Shown in pieces: positions 43,373 to 58,449 of a stretch of 64,000 bases of DNA. Source of the DNA: Chrysomallon squamiferum (Eukaryota; Animalia; Mollusca); contig CM022677.1 in assembly GCA_012295275.1 (NCBI GenBank), forward strand, positions 25,358,001-25,422,000. Direction: 5' to 3'. Numbering within the stretch: the first letter of the stretch is position 1; every line of letters begins with the position of its first letter. The notes beneath the pieces were generated by a model. It was not told the DNA's origin. It searched no databases and was given only the letters and a program-made list of their open reading frames with translations. The translations under genes and the position numbers were made by a program.

Positions 43373-44595
43373 TTAATACATACATACACATATTATTAAG
43401 TATCAGAAATAAATTAATTTAATTCATAGAAATGAATTACTTTGACTAAGTTTATCAGCATTATTCCGTATACTGAGCCCAGATCAGCCGTACTTTGATT
43501 TAATATTCATATCTTTCTTGTTGGCATAGTATGGCTATCATATTGTAGTTGTTGTCTGTGCTTTAAAGCCATCTCTCGTTCAGCGAAATCTCGACAGCTT
43601 GTGTATAAAAGACGATGGTATGTACTATCCTGTTTGCTGTGTGTGCAATATAATAAAAGTTTACTGCTGCTAATCTTAAAGGAGTAACCAATGAAGTAAC
43701 GATTACGGGTTTCTTCTTTGATCATTAACACTGAGTCCATCACAGTTTAGCCTCAAATAAATCAGTTTTTCCTCTCTCATTCATAACAACAGGTCCCATA
43801 CAACTGAGCCACACAAAATAAAACTGCGTGACAGAAAGGATTTCTTCTTCCATCACTGACTGTACGTCTCCTCAATGCTGTCTTAAATAAAACATGAATC
43901 CTGTGTCATCCTTAATACCTCGAACACAGATGTACGCACTAATATAACGTGTTTTTTAGCATATTTAAATAAAACTTCATCATTTGTTTCTTCATGCTAT
44001 ATAAAGAAAGCAGGCGAAAATAAATATATATATATGAATTCAACACGCCCTAGTCAAATATGTGTAACTGTACAATGATCTGAATGATCTGTATATATTG
44101 ACTGAACTAATATAACAATGATTACATACTGAGATTACATGCAGCTAGTTGTAAGAGTTTTTTACTTGCTGTCATAGATATAGGGTTGTTTTTTTAGAAG
44201 TTGGTTGTACATGCTTGATATATTTTCTTTTACTTAACTTATGAAAATAATGATCATTCGTGTATTTCCTTCTATCTTTGTTTATTTTTGTTTTTATTTA
44301 TTTATTTATTTCAATTATTATGCTACAACAGCTTCTACTACTGTTGCTACTACTACTACAACTACAATTGCTACTACTTCTACTGCTACTACTTCCAATT
44401 CTACTACTATTACCGGTTTTTGCTACTCCGGTATTATTCTACTATTGCTACTAGTACTACTAGTAGTACTACTACTCTGGTAATGCTACTACTACTACTA
44501 CTACTACTATTCCTAATTTAGATGTCTAAGATAAGGTTCATTGAAATTAAAGTATGATATATATTATATATTATACTATGTACATGTATGTATAT

Positions 44596-44673
<78 letters not shown>

Positions 44674-45950
44674 AAAAAAAACAAAATATAACATGCAACA
44701 CTGCCATGCTTAATCTTCACTAACAGCCATTATTACGCAAGATTTGACCACAGCGGTTTCACCATAGTTTTAACCTTCACACCGAAAAAAACACTGTGAG
44801 AGGACTGCCACTCCGATACTTCAAGCCTTCTCGCCATCACGCTCACGTTAGCGCCAAATACCGAGATAATGCGCTAAAAGGCACGTGCAGTCTGGCGCCA
44901 CGAGCATGATCTGAAACTGTAGGCGCCGAACACAAAGTGTTAACCTGTGAAAATTGCTGGAGTTTCAGTGTTCAGGGACGAATCCACAGAGGCAAAGAGG
45001 CGTGACATTTGTTTTTAGTATTGTTACGATTTGCTCGGAAAGAGAAAGGTAAGTAAATAGATTATGCGCGTTTACTGGTCACTTTGGAAGTGAGAACAGA
45101 TTAAAACGGAAAATCTGAAAAGGAGTGAGACTGTGAGGTTTGGACAAAGAAACAGATGAAAAAAGATGGTGTAAAAGAACGAGGGAAAATGAAGAGAGAG
45201 AGAGAGAGAAAGAGCGAGAGAGAGAGAGAGAGAGAAACAGAGAAAGAGAGAGAAACACATATAGAGAGAGAGTGAGAAAGAGAGAGATAAGAAGAAAGAA
45301 AGAAAGATAGCCAGACAAAGATAGATACAGAGAAATAAAGGGCAAAATCAGGATATCAAATGTAAAGAAACAGACACCAAAGAAGGGGAACAAATAGAGC
45401 AAGAAAGAAAGACAAGGGGGGAGGAGTAAAAGAAGGGGGAGACACTGGTGTAAGTGTGTGTGAGAGAGAGAGAGATCGAATGAGAGTAAGGAACAGACAG
45501 AACACATACAACTGAACAAGGGAGGACCGCAGACAGATGAACGATAGAGAGACACTTAAATAACTGGAATGATAGACATATATTGACACACAGACACACA
45601 GACAGACAGACTGATAGGCCGATACACAAGTACTCCATCACAGACAGACGGACAGATGGACAGACAGATAGTACTGACACAGAAAGGAGGGAACGAAAAA
45701 CAGCATTTCTAATTAACGGCTGGAATTTCTGCATTGTGTAGTTATAACGTGTGAGCTGTTTGCATCAAAGCAACAACGTCGACTACGGCCACGTTGTTAT
45801 TAACGACGTGTGCTGCGAAGTCGAACAACATTCTCAAGCCTATACGTTAGTGACGCACTTAATTATTTGTGAGAGGTTTAGGGAGAAGTGAAAAATTGTT
45901 GTGTGCCAGAATTCTAGTTCTATTCCTGAAATGCTGATTGTGAGAATTAC

Positions 45951-46070
<120 letters not shown>

Positions 46071-46072
46071 AC

Positions 46073-46106
<34 letters not shown>

Positions 46107-47102
46107 CGCAAGAGAGACAGAGAAAGAAGACTTAATTATGTGTAAAATGTCAGATAAAGACAAATTGATATTATTCTCTTTTTTCTCTGTGTAAATTAAG
46201 AATCTGGAATGTGCGTTGAATGAAAGACAGATTGGAGAGAAAGGAAATAGAACTTAGAAAAGCGAGGTATACGATAACAAACTGATGTGTATTTTTAAAC
46301 AGAATAATGAACATCAAGAGAAAAATACAAAGAAGAAACTGAAAAAAGAAAATTGATGATGTTAAATAATCCTGAACAGGAAATAAAAATAAAAGAATAG
46401 AAAAAAAAACACAACAAGGAACGAAAGAAAATGGAAATGAATGGATAGAGAAAAGAAGAAATAAAAGAAAAAAATAGAGAAAGTAAAAGGAAAGGAAGAA
46501 ACTTAGAAATTAACTGAACAATGACTATTCTAACAAATACAAAATGAAAGCCAAAACTATCATCACAAATAAAAATAAAATCTAATAATTACAAACGTTG
46601 GTATAACTGTATCTGGTGTGGAACAAAAAAGAAAGAAAAGAAGAGAAAATAAAAGAAATTACGCTATTTTTCTTGGTGTTTTTTTTGGAAAATGACAACC
46701 AAGAAGTTTTCTGAAAACGTTGCTTTAATAGACTAATTTTTCTCAGATTTTCAGCCTGTCTTTTTTTTTTCTATCAAGTGACTAAACACTAACAAAAACC
46801 CCCAATAAAAAACAGCACTGTATAAATACCTCGCATCAAAAGGATATTTAAGCTGTCTGGAATAAGAACCCGCTACTAATGTGACTATTTAGAAGACAGT
46901 TCTGTACCAAGTAGAAATTGCTCTGATTTGAAAATAATCTTGCGATGAAAGAAGACAACAGAATACCGCGAAAATGTACTTACTTGTTTATTTCTGTATC
47001 CATTGCCTTTTTCATTCACTTTCTTTTTCTCTCTTTCTCTCTTCAGTTGTATATTTTCTCTCGATTTATAATCATTTCTGTCTGTCTATCTCACTCCATA
47101 AC

Positions 47103-47138
<36 letters not shown>

Positions 47139-48301
47139 AAAACACCTACATACATACATACATATTCTTTCTCTACCTGTGTCTATCTCTCTCTCTATCT
47201 GTCTCTCTGTCTCTATTTATGTATCTGTTTATCTATTCATCCATCCATGTATCTAGTTGCCTATCTATATAATCTATGTATTTGTCTATCTATTCATCTA
47301 TCTGTCTTTCTTTCTTTCTCGGTCACCCCCCTTTCTCTGTCTCTATCTGTTTCTCTTTTTTCTTTCTCTCGTTTCTCGTTCTCGTGTTTCCTTTCTAAAA
47401 CTCTCACACATCTCTTTCTAGTTCTGTTTATTCTAGTACAAACAACATGATCTGAAGTTTCATTATATTTTCCATTTACAAAGTCTTAAGAAATCAAACT
47501 AGTTGTTAAAGGGACGTAACATGAAATACGTTCTTAAGTAAATTTGTTTTCACGTAAATCCAACAAGTGTTGTACTTCAAGAACGGTTTAACGTAAAAGT
47601 CTTTATGACATCACGATATCTCTCTTCTCTGTATTTGTTGCTATGGAAACTAAGCCTACAGTTTAAGTACTACTGTTCATTGTAATTTCTGGATGTTTTA
47701 TCTCATATATTTTTATGTGTTCTCTGTTTAATTGTGATTAAAGCTAATGTGTAACTGGACACAGTTTAAGTAGAAGGATTAATTTGCAGGCTATAGTTTA
47801 GTTTTATATATATATATGTTTGTGTATGTGTGTGTGTGTGTGTGTTTGTGTCTGTGTGTGTGTGTTTGCGTACATACATACATTTATCTATACCATATTT
47901 TTAGTTTTTAGTTTTAAAAGTTCTGTACCGTTTATTATCATCATCATCATCATTTATTATTAACATTACCATCATCAATATGTTCTTCTTCGTCTCGTCA
48001 TCATCAACATCATCATCATCATCATCATAATCATGCTCACCATTAGTATTAAACACCAAAAGTGCATATAATAAATAAATAAGTAAGTAAGTAAATAAAT
48101 AAATAAATAAATAAATAAATGAAACAATCAATATGTCTGCACTACATCGGACGCATGCAAGAGAAAAATAAATTTTGAGCCGGCGATAAAAAGTAACCGG
48201 CGAATTGCAAAAATGTCTACAAGTAAGACAACATCAAAAAAGAAAAAATCTAAATTAATTATCGACTAGTCGAGCCAGACATCAGAGTTACTATTATTAG
48301 C

Positions 48302-48337
<36 letters not shown>

Positions 48338-48797
48338 CTCTGAAATTTTAATTAAGCCAAAATCCATGGTATGTATGTAGCTTGCCGTGCACTTTATCGT
48401 TATTAGAAATGCTTTCTATGGAGGGTTGTTAGTGCCATGTAATTAACGACTGCACGATATACAGAGGGTAAACAGACTGCAATGGCGAATGCAATTCGAT
48501 TCTCAGACAAAAGGAGAGAATAAAAATGGAATGAAAGAGAGAGAGAGAGAGAAAAAAGAAACATGGAGTCCGGTAAGAACGGAAGAAAGAGTCAGAATGA
48601 ATGTCTGGGAACATATTGGACGGAATAATAGAAAGAAAAAAGACGAACAAAGAGGAGAGTGAGACAGGAAGAAGGAAGAGAGAAAGAAATTAATTTTTTT
48701 TTTTTAGAGAAAGAGAGTGAAGGATGTAGAAAGAAAGAGGGAAAGAGATAGAAACAGGATACTGCTGAGTTAATGAGAAAGATGAAAATATCAATGT

Positions 48798-48873
<76 letters not shown>

Positions 48874-48963
48874 AAGAGAGAGAGAAAGAAAAAGAGAGAG
48901 AGAAATAAAGAGAAAGAGAGAGAGAAAAAGAGAAAGAAAGAGAGAGAGAAAAAGAGAGAGGGA

Positions 48964-49041
<78 letters not shown>

Positions 49042-49452
49042 GAGAGTCACTCAGAATCAAAATGCAAGAAAAAAGAAGAAAACCCAGAGCGATTCACAGA
49101 TTAAGATACAGACAGATGAAAAAATGTTTTAAGAAGATTAAACTACAAGTAAAATCGATTGGATAAATAATATGGGTTCTCTATTCTTCCTTTTTCTGAA
49201 GTCAACTGTTTGCTGACAAAATTTAATCTCAGCAATTCAGAATATTACTTTAATTTTTAGCCTTTTGTCGCCAAGAAATCGAATCACTTGCTTCCAGTAA
49301 ATAAACGTATTCGAAGAAGAAAAATATTAATTCTTTTTTCTTTAAAAAAAAAACAAATTACATCTGTGCAGTATTAATGAACCCTATTTGTCTCAATGTA
49401 AGACCTAACTTTTGACATTCATGCACACAATAAAAACAATGTACTCTCTTTC

Positions 49453-49487
<35 letters not shown>

Positions 49488-49655
49488 GATTCTCTCTCTC
49501 TAGCTCTGTATATATATATATATATATCCATCTATCTGTCTCTGTCCTGTTTATCTGCTATAGCTGTCTCTATGTCTCTGTCTCTCTGTCTTTTATTATG
49601 GCAAGTTCAGAATAGAAATAAAAGTATATTTGGTTTCTGCAATATGAACACAAAA

Positions 49656-49890
<235 letters not shown>

Positions 49891-51102
49891 CAAACACACT
49901 CGCCATTCACTATAGAAGTCTTCGGTCTCGGAAATCAACGAACAGTGAGTGTATTACGTTCTCACGCTATTTTCTACTGTTGTCTAAACGATATTGTCCG
50001 CTTGCAGTAATGAAATCTCCGTCGTATTGCACAGTGCATGCGGCTTCAGATACAATCAGTGTAAACACCCATACACACACAATACACCAGTGTCTTAGTG
50101 AATAGCATGGTATACACTGTAACCCTACCACTATCATTATTGTTGTTAATATTATTATTATTATTATTATTATTGTTGTTATTATTATTATTGTTATTAT
50201 TATTAATATTATTATTATTGTTATTATTATTATTATTGTTATTATTATTATTATTAATATTATTGTTATTGTTGTTGTTATTGTTATTGTTATTGTTATT
50301 ATTATTGTTGTTGTTGTTATTGTTATTATTATAAATATTATTATTATTATTGTTATCGCTATCATTATTGCTATTGTTGTTGCTGTTATTATTATTATTA
50401 TTGTTGTTGTCGTTATCATCTTCATTTTTATTACGTTGTCATCATTATTATTACCGATATTCTACCAAACTACCACAGCTGTTACTACTTCTGTTCTCGT
50501 ATTATTATTACAACCGCTGTTACTACGAAAACTACTTCTATTACTACTATTTCTATTACAGTTACTTTCACTAATACTACTAGTACACTGTACTAACGAT
50601 TCTGAAGCTTAGTACTTCTACTACCCCGTCTACTATGCATGCTACTACTAATAACCCAGCTATTTCTGCTGTATAAAATAGAATAAAAAGATCGTGTTAC
50701 GCGAAAAGCCAGTTAAATTCACATCATACAAAACAATAGCGTTATTTCAGGAAATCACCATTGTGATATATGCTGTTGTGTGATCTGTAGTGTTGTATCT
50801 TTAACGCAAATCGATTCTGTGCATTATACGTTCACTCTTTCAACAGTCTCTACATATACGAGTTGAATACATCAGCTTTTGTAATCTTTCTACTGCTTGT
50901 TTATATGTGGACCTGAAAGGGCGACAGGCAGATAGATTGAAAGAGAAGAAAAAAAAAATAACAAAAAAGACAAGAGAGAAATAAAGAGGAAGAAAGAGTG
51001 AATGTGTGATAGAGATATATACTGACAAACAGGTGTATGCATAGACGTAGAGAAATGTTAGTGATGGGTGGATGGATGTATAGATGTATTGACATAGAGA
51101 GG

Positions 51103-51247
<145 letters not shown>

Positions 51248-53553
51248 AGCTACAGACAAAAATGCTATTTTATAACTGAATATACTTATTTATTACAACA
51301 ATATTTAACATACATTTGTTTTATTTATTTTTATACGAACAATGCACTACTGAACTCTCATAACGATTTCTCTTTCGGGTTTCCATTGACAAAAAGTCTA
51401 TAGGACTCAATCTCCCTTAACCCGGACTCTTGTCTTTGATTTAAGCGGCTCAGTCGCGTTGTAACTCTTCAGTATAATGGACGTAAAAGTAATTGGTAGT
51501 TTTACTGAGCGATTTGTTTCTTTCTGTTTTTTTCTTTCTGTAAACAGTGGATTATTTTTTATTTTCTTGTAAGGTAACGTATTTGTGTTTGTATTTTTTA
51601 TATACAGTAGTAAAAGCTAGCTGGGTTGCAGTGTAGAAATGTGTTTCTGCGATACGCCTAGAGAACGTTAAGAAAGAAGTTTTATTTTCTTTCCATTCAT
51701 CACAAAGATTATTTCGTTGTTTTCACTGGCCACGTGAACCAATCAGTTGTTAAGAAAGAAAAAAAAAAAAATAAGCAGTGGTTATTATTTTCTCTTCTTC
51801 GCTTTGTTTCGTGTGTCTTCGGGAGTTTTCGCAGCACATTAACGAGTATTAACGAGATTGTAATCTTTACGTTCGCGGTTGTTGTTGTGAAGTTGATATC
51901 TGCTGTAACTTTACGTCCGCGTGAAACGACATCTTCATTGTTTTCTGAACGCTCTGATGTTTTGTGAAGTTGAAGTTAAATTCAGAAGAAAAAAAACTGT
52001 TGAACTTCTGTGATTTCTATACTGAACGGAATTAGTCACGTGACACATTTGTTATAATTCCGATACGGACAAGAACAACTAATCGCTTTCATTTAATTTA
52101 TAACAAATACGGAACTTCTTAGCCAAACTAAAACAGAAAAAAAAAAAACGATCAAGAGAGAGCCAAGCAGAGTTTGGTGGTGAAATTGTGATTACCTTAT
52201 GGAAAATATTACCAGACGAGAAGATATTCCTTCACTTTGATGACGTAACGGAGAAAGCTCCTGGTGGATTTACAGGTTCATTATTTCGAAATATCTTCAC
52301 CTTCATTCCCAGAATTCCACCGCACGGTAGTGACTGACAGCAGGGATACACAAATATTATAATTAGGAAATAGTAGGACGAGAAGCTATTTTTTGTGTAT
52401 ATCGTCTGAAGTCTGTTGTTTTAAATACCTTTAATTAGTTTGTTAGACAATAGTATACTGTAGCGTTAATATTAGTGTATCATCATTTTTGTTATTGTAT
52501 ATGTAAACTAATAGTAATCATGTTAGAGATGTCACAAGACAAAAGTGTATATATATATATATATATATAGGTAATAGCACGTAAACTTGTTAGAATGATG
52601 TCACGTGACAAAATGGTAGATATATAGTTATGGATTCGGTTTTTTGGGGGGTTTTTGTCATCATTAATGTGAATTTGAACTGTAAAATTAAACAACTACT
52701 GTAGATGGGTATATAAAATCGAAATGAGATAAAATTAAGAAATTAAATATAATGTTGGTAGGTGAGAGAGTTTAGAAAAATGAATGACGTCTAATAAAAA
52801 TTTGTATAAAAATAATTTAAAAAAAGAATTATTTTAATTTTAGAAAGAAAGAAAAGGAAAGATAAATTAAAAAATAATAATAGAAAGAAAACAGAAAAGA
52901 AGAATTCTCAACACAGAAAAATAATAAAATAAAATAAGAAAGTTATGTATCTACGTACATAAACTAAATGAACTTCATTCTAGAAAATTCTAAGATTTTT
53001 TTTGCTGTTTCATCTTCTTTTAATCTTTTCCTTTATCTCATTGTTACACTTTCTTGTTGTCTTCAGAAAAAAAAAAAAGTAACTAACAACAACAAAATAG
53101 GAAGCAACACGAAAATCTCAAAATCTCGATCACGTGACCGATGACGTTAAAAAGTAATTTTCAAAAATTAGAAACGACTTTTTTTTTTTCTCTCTCCTAT
53201 TTTTTATTTTCTTCTTACACAGAAATTCAAAGCTTCAGATGAAGAAAAATTCTGCATAATCAAGATTATTTTTAACTTTCAAAGGCTCGAATTTAAAAAA
53301 AAGAAAGTAATAATTGAACTTAATTCTTGCTTAACAAGGAAGCCAATTTGTTATTTTTTAATTCAGGTTTTTCGGTCCAAATAAATTCATCAATTTTCTT
53401 CAATCTTCTCAAATTTTTTTAGCAGTTTTTGCTTTTCATAAAAGGAAACAGTAAACATGTTTAAGAACATGGAATAAAGGTAATTTCTGCTTTTCAAGAA
53501 TTTGGAAAGAAAATTCCATACAACAAAATAATAATAAGATATATACAAGATTG

Positions 53554-53598
<45 letters not shown>

Positions 53599-53850
53599 TT
53601 GAAATATTAGTAATAATTTGAAATATTAGCTTTGTATTAATAGTAATAATAATAATTAGAAAATAATAAGAACAAAAAAATTAATGAAGTAAGTAACAAT
53701 AATAATGTGTATTTGGGTTTTAGACTCGATAAATATGATTGAAATTTATAAAAGGAAATATGATAGTAACCAAAAATACCTTACTCAGTTTCAGAATTGT
53801 TAAACTAAAACTAATAAAAAATAAATAAATAAACAAATAATAGTAATAAT

Positions 53851-54040
<190 letters not shown>

Positions 54041-55489
54041 AAAGCATATCTTGAAATTCTATTATTGTATTATTCGCATCTGAATCTCTCATTCTTTACT
54101 GAACCTCTTAGCTAGCGTCACACACGGAGATATACATACATATTCCAGCCATACGCTTTTTTTATATTCAGGGTTAAACAAACCACCGTCAAAACTGTCT
54201 TTCGTCAGCTTTCCACGGTATCGGAAGAATAGCCCCAAGGAATACGAATCCGCGTCTCTCTGTTTTGGAATCAGAGGTTCTCGCATTATTTTACACTGTG
54301 TAAACAACGAGTATCAAGAACGAGTTGAATAATCACACGTGGTCGTTTAGTAACGTGATTAACCTCGCGAAGTTAATAGCAGGATCCCGCGAAGACCGGC
54401 AAGGAACTAATTCGAATCGGCGACTGAAATGGTTTTAGACTTAGATTGTTTTGAGCGAAAACAAACACAGAAGACTCGCATGCGGTCTGTGACGGGTTTT
54501 CGTGGAACGGAGTTCGGTGGAAGGAAATTTCTCTTGGAAATGTTATTTCGTTTTCCCCTTTAGGCTCTTGGAACTGTACTTATAAAAGATTTTCGTTGAA
54601 ACGAGTTCTTGGGAATGTTAGTATCCCTTGAAGCTGCTGGTCAAGAGTTGACCAAACTCTCTGTTTAATGTAATCTTGGAAATATTATCTTTACTTTTGC
54701 ATTATATTGTTCTGAAGCATTGCTGAGACACTGCTATAAACAAAATTTGTGGACAAGTACAATACTAGAATGGAAACCAGAACACAATTCATAAAGCTGA
54801 TTGTTTTACCAGATGAAGAATCTTCTTTCTTAACGGAAGATAAATGAGTAGAAAATAAGTCTCATGATGTGGTGAACAAATCTGCTGGAGTTTATACACA
54901 GCATAAATATTTATTTTGTGTCGAGAAGTTTCTGTTGTAACAAGACGAAGAGATATATTATTATAAGAAATTATTTTCTTTTGCTAAAAAAACTGTCCAA
55001 CGTTGCTTATGGCTATAGCTGTAGCATAATGTATTTATCTATATACACTAATTACCATTAATCCGACATGACAGTGTGGAAAAGTATACTAAAAGTGAAA
55101 ATTAGACGATAAGTTATTGTTCTTCATTGTTTCAAAACCTTCCTCCATATTGACTGGTCTTTGCAGAATTCTAGTAATGAGAAGTGTCAGTCATTTCTTC
55201 AACTAATACGAAAAAATGTGGATCAGCATTCTTGGTGTATAAACCAGTGGTTGTATCATCGCTTTTTTACCTCTGTGTGGTAATGTGTTTTTCAAATTCC
55301 AAATAGTTCTATTCCAAAAGTGTCACCATCATTGGAGGGGTGAATATGTCATTACTGAGCTGCCGTTAAATTTTTGGAAATATTATTTCTGTGCTGCTAA
55401 AGTGGCAATTTTGCGAGTTTAAGAAGAATAATAAACGAAATGTTCTAAAAATATTTCTGTCATGTTAAGGTGAAAAAATTAGCAACATC

Positions 55490-56110
55490 AAGAACCAGGA
55501 AAATTTCGAGATAGTAATATTTACGTTGTGTTATAATACCGAGGACCTTATCGGCACCAGGAACGTTTTGTATGACGTCATCTGTTTTGTTGTTGACGGG
55601 AAGACGAGTAGTGATATTGTTAAGTATGAATTTATCTCAGCTAGGAAACCTTTTCGTATGACTAAAACGTAAAAAGAAGTAAATATTACGTCAGTAAATG
55701 ATTCGGTTTTTTACTGTCACAAACCAGGAACGAACGTGTTAAAACAACGCGCAAAGATGTAAATATTACTTCATTAAATAACAGTTTCTGATTGTCACAA
55801 ACCAGGAAAACTCTTTTATAACGTAAACGTCAAATGGTGAGTTTTTTTTTTTTTTTTTTTCACGGCAAGAAGAACTATATCTAGTTAAATGAAGCAAAAA
55901 TAAAAGTGATATCATTTTGAATTGCGCATATCTCTTCTCGCAAACCAGGAAGACTAGTGAACAATCTTTCCATTAAATATACTTATTATTGTTACAAAAA
56001 AAGAATGTTACTATGAAACGTAAACGTTAAAAGAAGTAAATGTAACACAGCTAACTGAAAAATGTGTCGTTATTAACCAGGAACGTTTAACGCATGACGT
56101 TAAACTTCGA
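55490..56110. repeat. Degenerate minisatellite (about 65-85 bp units) with ACCAGGAA core
   Basis: ACCAGGAA near 55495, 55556, 55723, 55801, 55944, 56076 (variant CTAGGAA 55641); two copies share TGTCACAAACCAGGAA, and (G)TAAATATTAC recurs. Confidence 0.65.
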
Positions 56111-56489
56111 ACACTTGAATAAAACGAAATTACGATTGTTGGTACCTTTAAGAAATACTATTCATGATTTGTTATCAATCACAGTACACACATTTATAAC
56201 AATGTGTTGTGTATTTCTGTCCGCTTAAAACACACATTTCAAGACTGTGTATTTTCTGTGCACACAGAGTCAAAACATACTTTACTAGAATGAGTATGTT
56301 CTATTCTTGAAAACCGTTTAATAACCTTTCGTTCATTCTGTATCTATCGCTCATCAATGAGTTTTCCACGATATTTTTCTTAGATTTTAACAGTCATTTG
56401 TACGAAGTATTGGGCAGTTCGTTTAATCTGATACCATCCATATACTCAGTTAATTTTCTTTGTATCGAGAATTTCTTAAACGTAAGCTA

Positions 56490-57385
56490 TTTATATATTT
56501 CAGCGTACGTTAAACAAAAATTACTTTTCTTTCTGCGGTTATAATTCGTTTTATCAGATAACTCGTTTAATGTGATAACACCCTTAAACGCAATTATCTT
56601 TCTTTGTGGAAGAGATTTCGTTAAAAACGTACGTTCATTAAATCGTATCGTTTACGTCCTTCAGCAGATTACGCTTATTTTCAGAATAGTTACGATCTCA
56701 TTGGACGATTTGACTAATGCGATAACATCCAATATGATTATCGTTCTTTACCTTCCTTTTTTGAGCAAAGGATGTCTTTAAAAATACGTTCGTACGTCAG
56801 TTAGGTGTATCTTTCAACATGCACGTAAAGGAATTCAGTTGTTATTTAATGTTAAAAATTGTTATTTCGACGTGTCGGATAATTCTATAAAGTGACGAAC
56901 GTTCTTGTTAATAATTAGCCGTCTTTGAGCAAAGAAAGAATTGAAATTACGTTCAGATAAAATATTTTTTATATTTCAACGTATTTCCAAGACAATTACG
57001 TTCTCCTGTGTTTAGAATTATTAATTCTACATATCGCGCAGTTTGTTTATATTGACGAACGTTCAGATATATAATTATATATAATTTTAGCAAGGAAAGA
57101 TTAATATTACGTTAATACATATATTTCTTTTTATTATTAGTTCAACGTACGTTTACGACAATAACATTTTTCTGCGTGAGCAAATATTAATTCGTTTAAA
57201 TTAACGAACATTCAGAAATATGATTATCTTTGTATGAGTAAGGAGACGTTGAATGTACATTCATTCATACACGAGCATTTTTTTATATTTCAACGTACGT
57301 TTATGACAATAACAAGTTTTCCTGTGTATACAGTTATTAACTCCACAGAGCTGATAATTCGTTCAAACTGACGAACGTTCATACA
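56490..57385. repeat. Degenerate tandem repeat, about 150-170 bp unit, about 5 copies
   Basis: TGACGAACGTTC at about 56893, 57053, 57369 (variant 57202); TTCAACGTA at about 56975, 57141, 57289; (G/T)AG(C/T)AA(A/G)G at about 56763, 56927, 57088, 57236. Confidence 0.75.
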
Positions 57386-58449
57386 CTCGAGTGTCAACTT
57401 CATGCCACTGCCTCGCTCACCAAACATTGATTAAAACGTTATTTTGTGTGAGATGTACCTCTGCAGCAACTGTCTTTCTGTGAATCAACAATTACCTGTT
57501 CGATGTGTTGTTTAATTCACACAATGTGACAATCTTCAAATTCTGGACACTCGCTCAATTTCTTCGTTGTTAAAGGTATATTGATTCACGACCTTTTATA
57601 TACTGGAGAATGTGCTTTTGTAAGTCTCTCTTTTGTCCTTATTGAGAATACTTTTCAATCGAAGTATTAGATTTATTTTATTATTATTATTATTAAAACA
57701 GCATTCCTATCTCCAGTGTGTGGCTGGTCAAATTAAGTAATACGAAAACACACTCAAAAGTAATTAAACGTTATTTCTTGACATTTACCATGCAAATTAC
57801 ATGAGTTTAATATTTGTTCTATTAAATATGACCACTGGATAGAACAAAAGTCAACACTTCTTTATATTACCACTTACAAAATGGAGACGTCATGCGCTAA
57901 ATCACTGTTGTATTAATTTTAAACTGTAAAAGTTGACAGATAACTTTTTTTTCTGTTTATGCTTTTTCATGTGTATGGATCAGTTTTGTAACCCCTTTAA
58001 AATCTGTATGTGAAACAAAAAATAATAATAATAATTCATGCGGAAAATTACATGCATTGGTTTTCTTATCAGGTATAATTGTGTTCTGGAATTCTTAGAG
58101 AAAAGAACATTATCGAACCAGGATCTTTAACACGTTTGTAGACCAGGAATTTTTAATACGTTACAGACCAGGAATAATACATTGTGACTAAAAATACTTT
58201 TTGTTCTTTGTGTCTGGGTCACAAGTCTTTTTTTTTTTTTTCTGTCCTTGTTCACTTTTTGTATTACGGAATATTACTTAGTCATCGTTGATGTCACGAA
58301 CATATGAAACACGATCCTATCCGAAACGACACGAATGTCAGGTCATCGGGTATTTCCGTATTAACGAGTAAAAAGCAAATACAACGCCCTGTATTGAACA
58401 AACAAAGACGTTGAAAAAAAGGAAAAAAAAAAAGAAGAAGTTAGAACAG

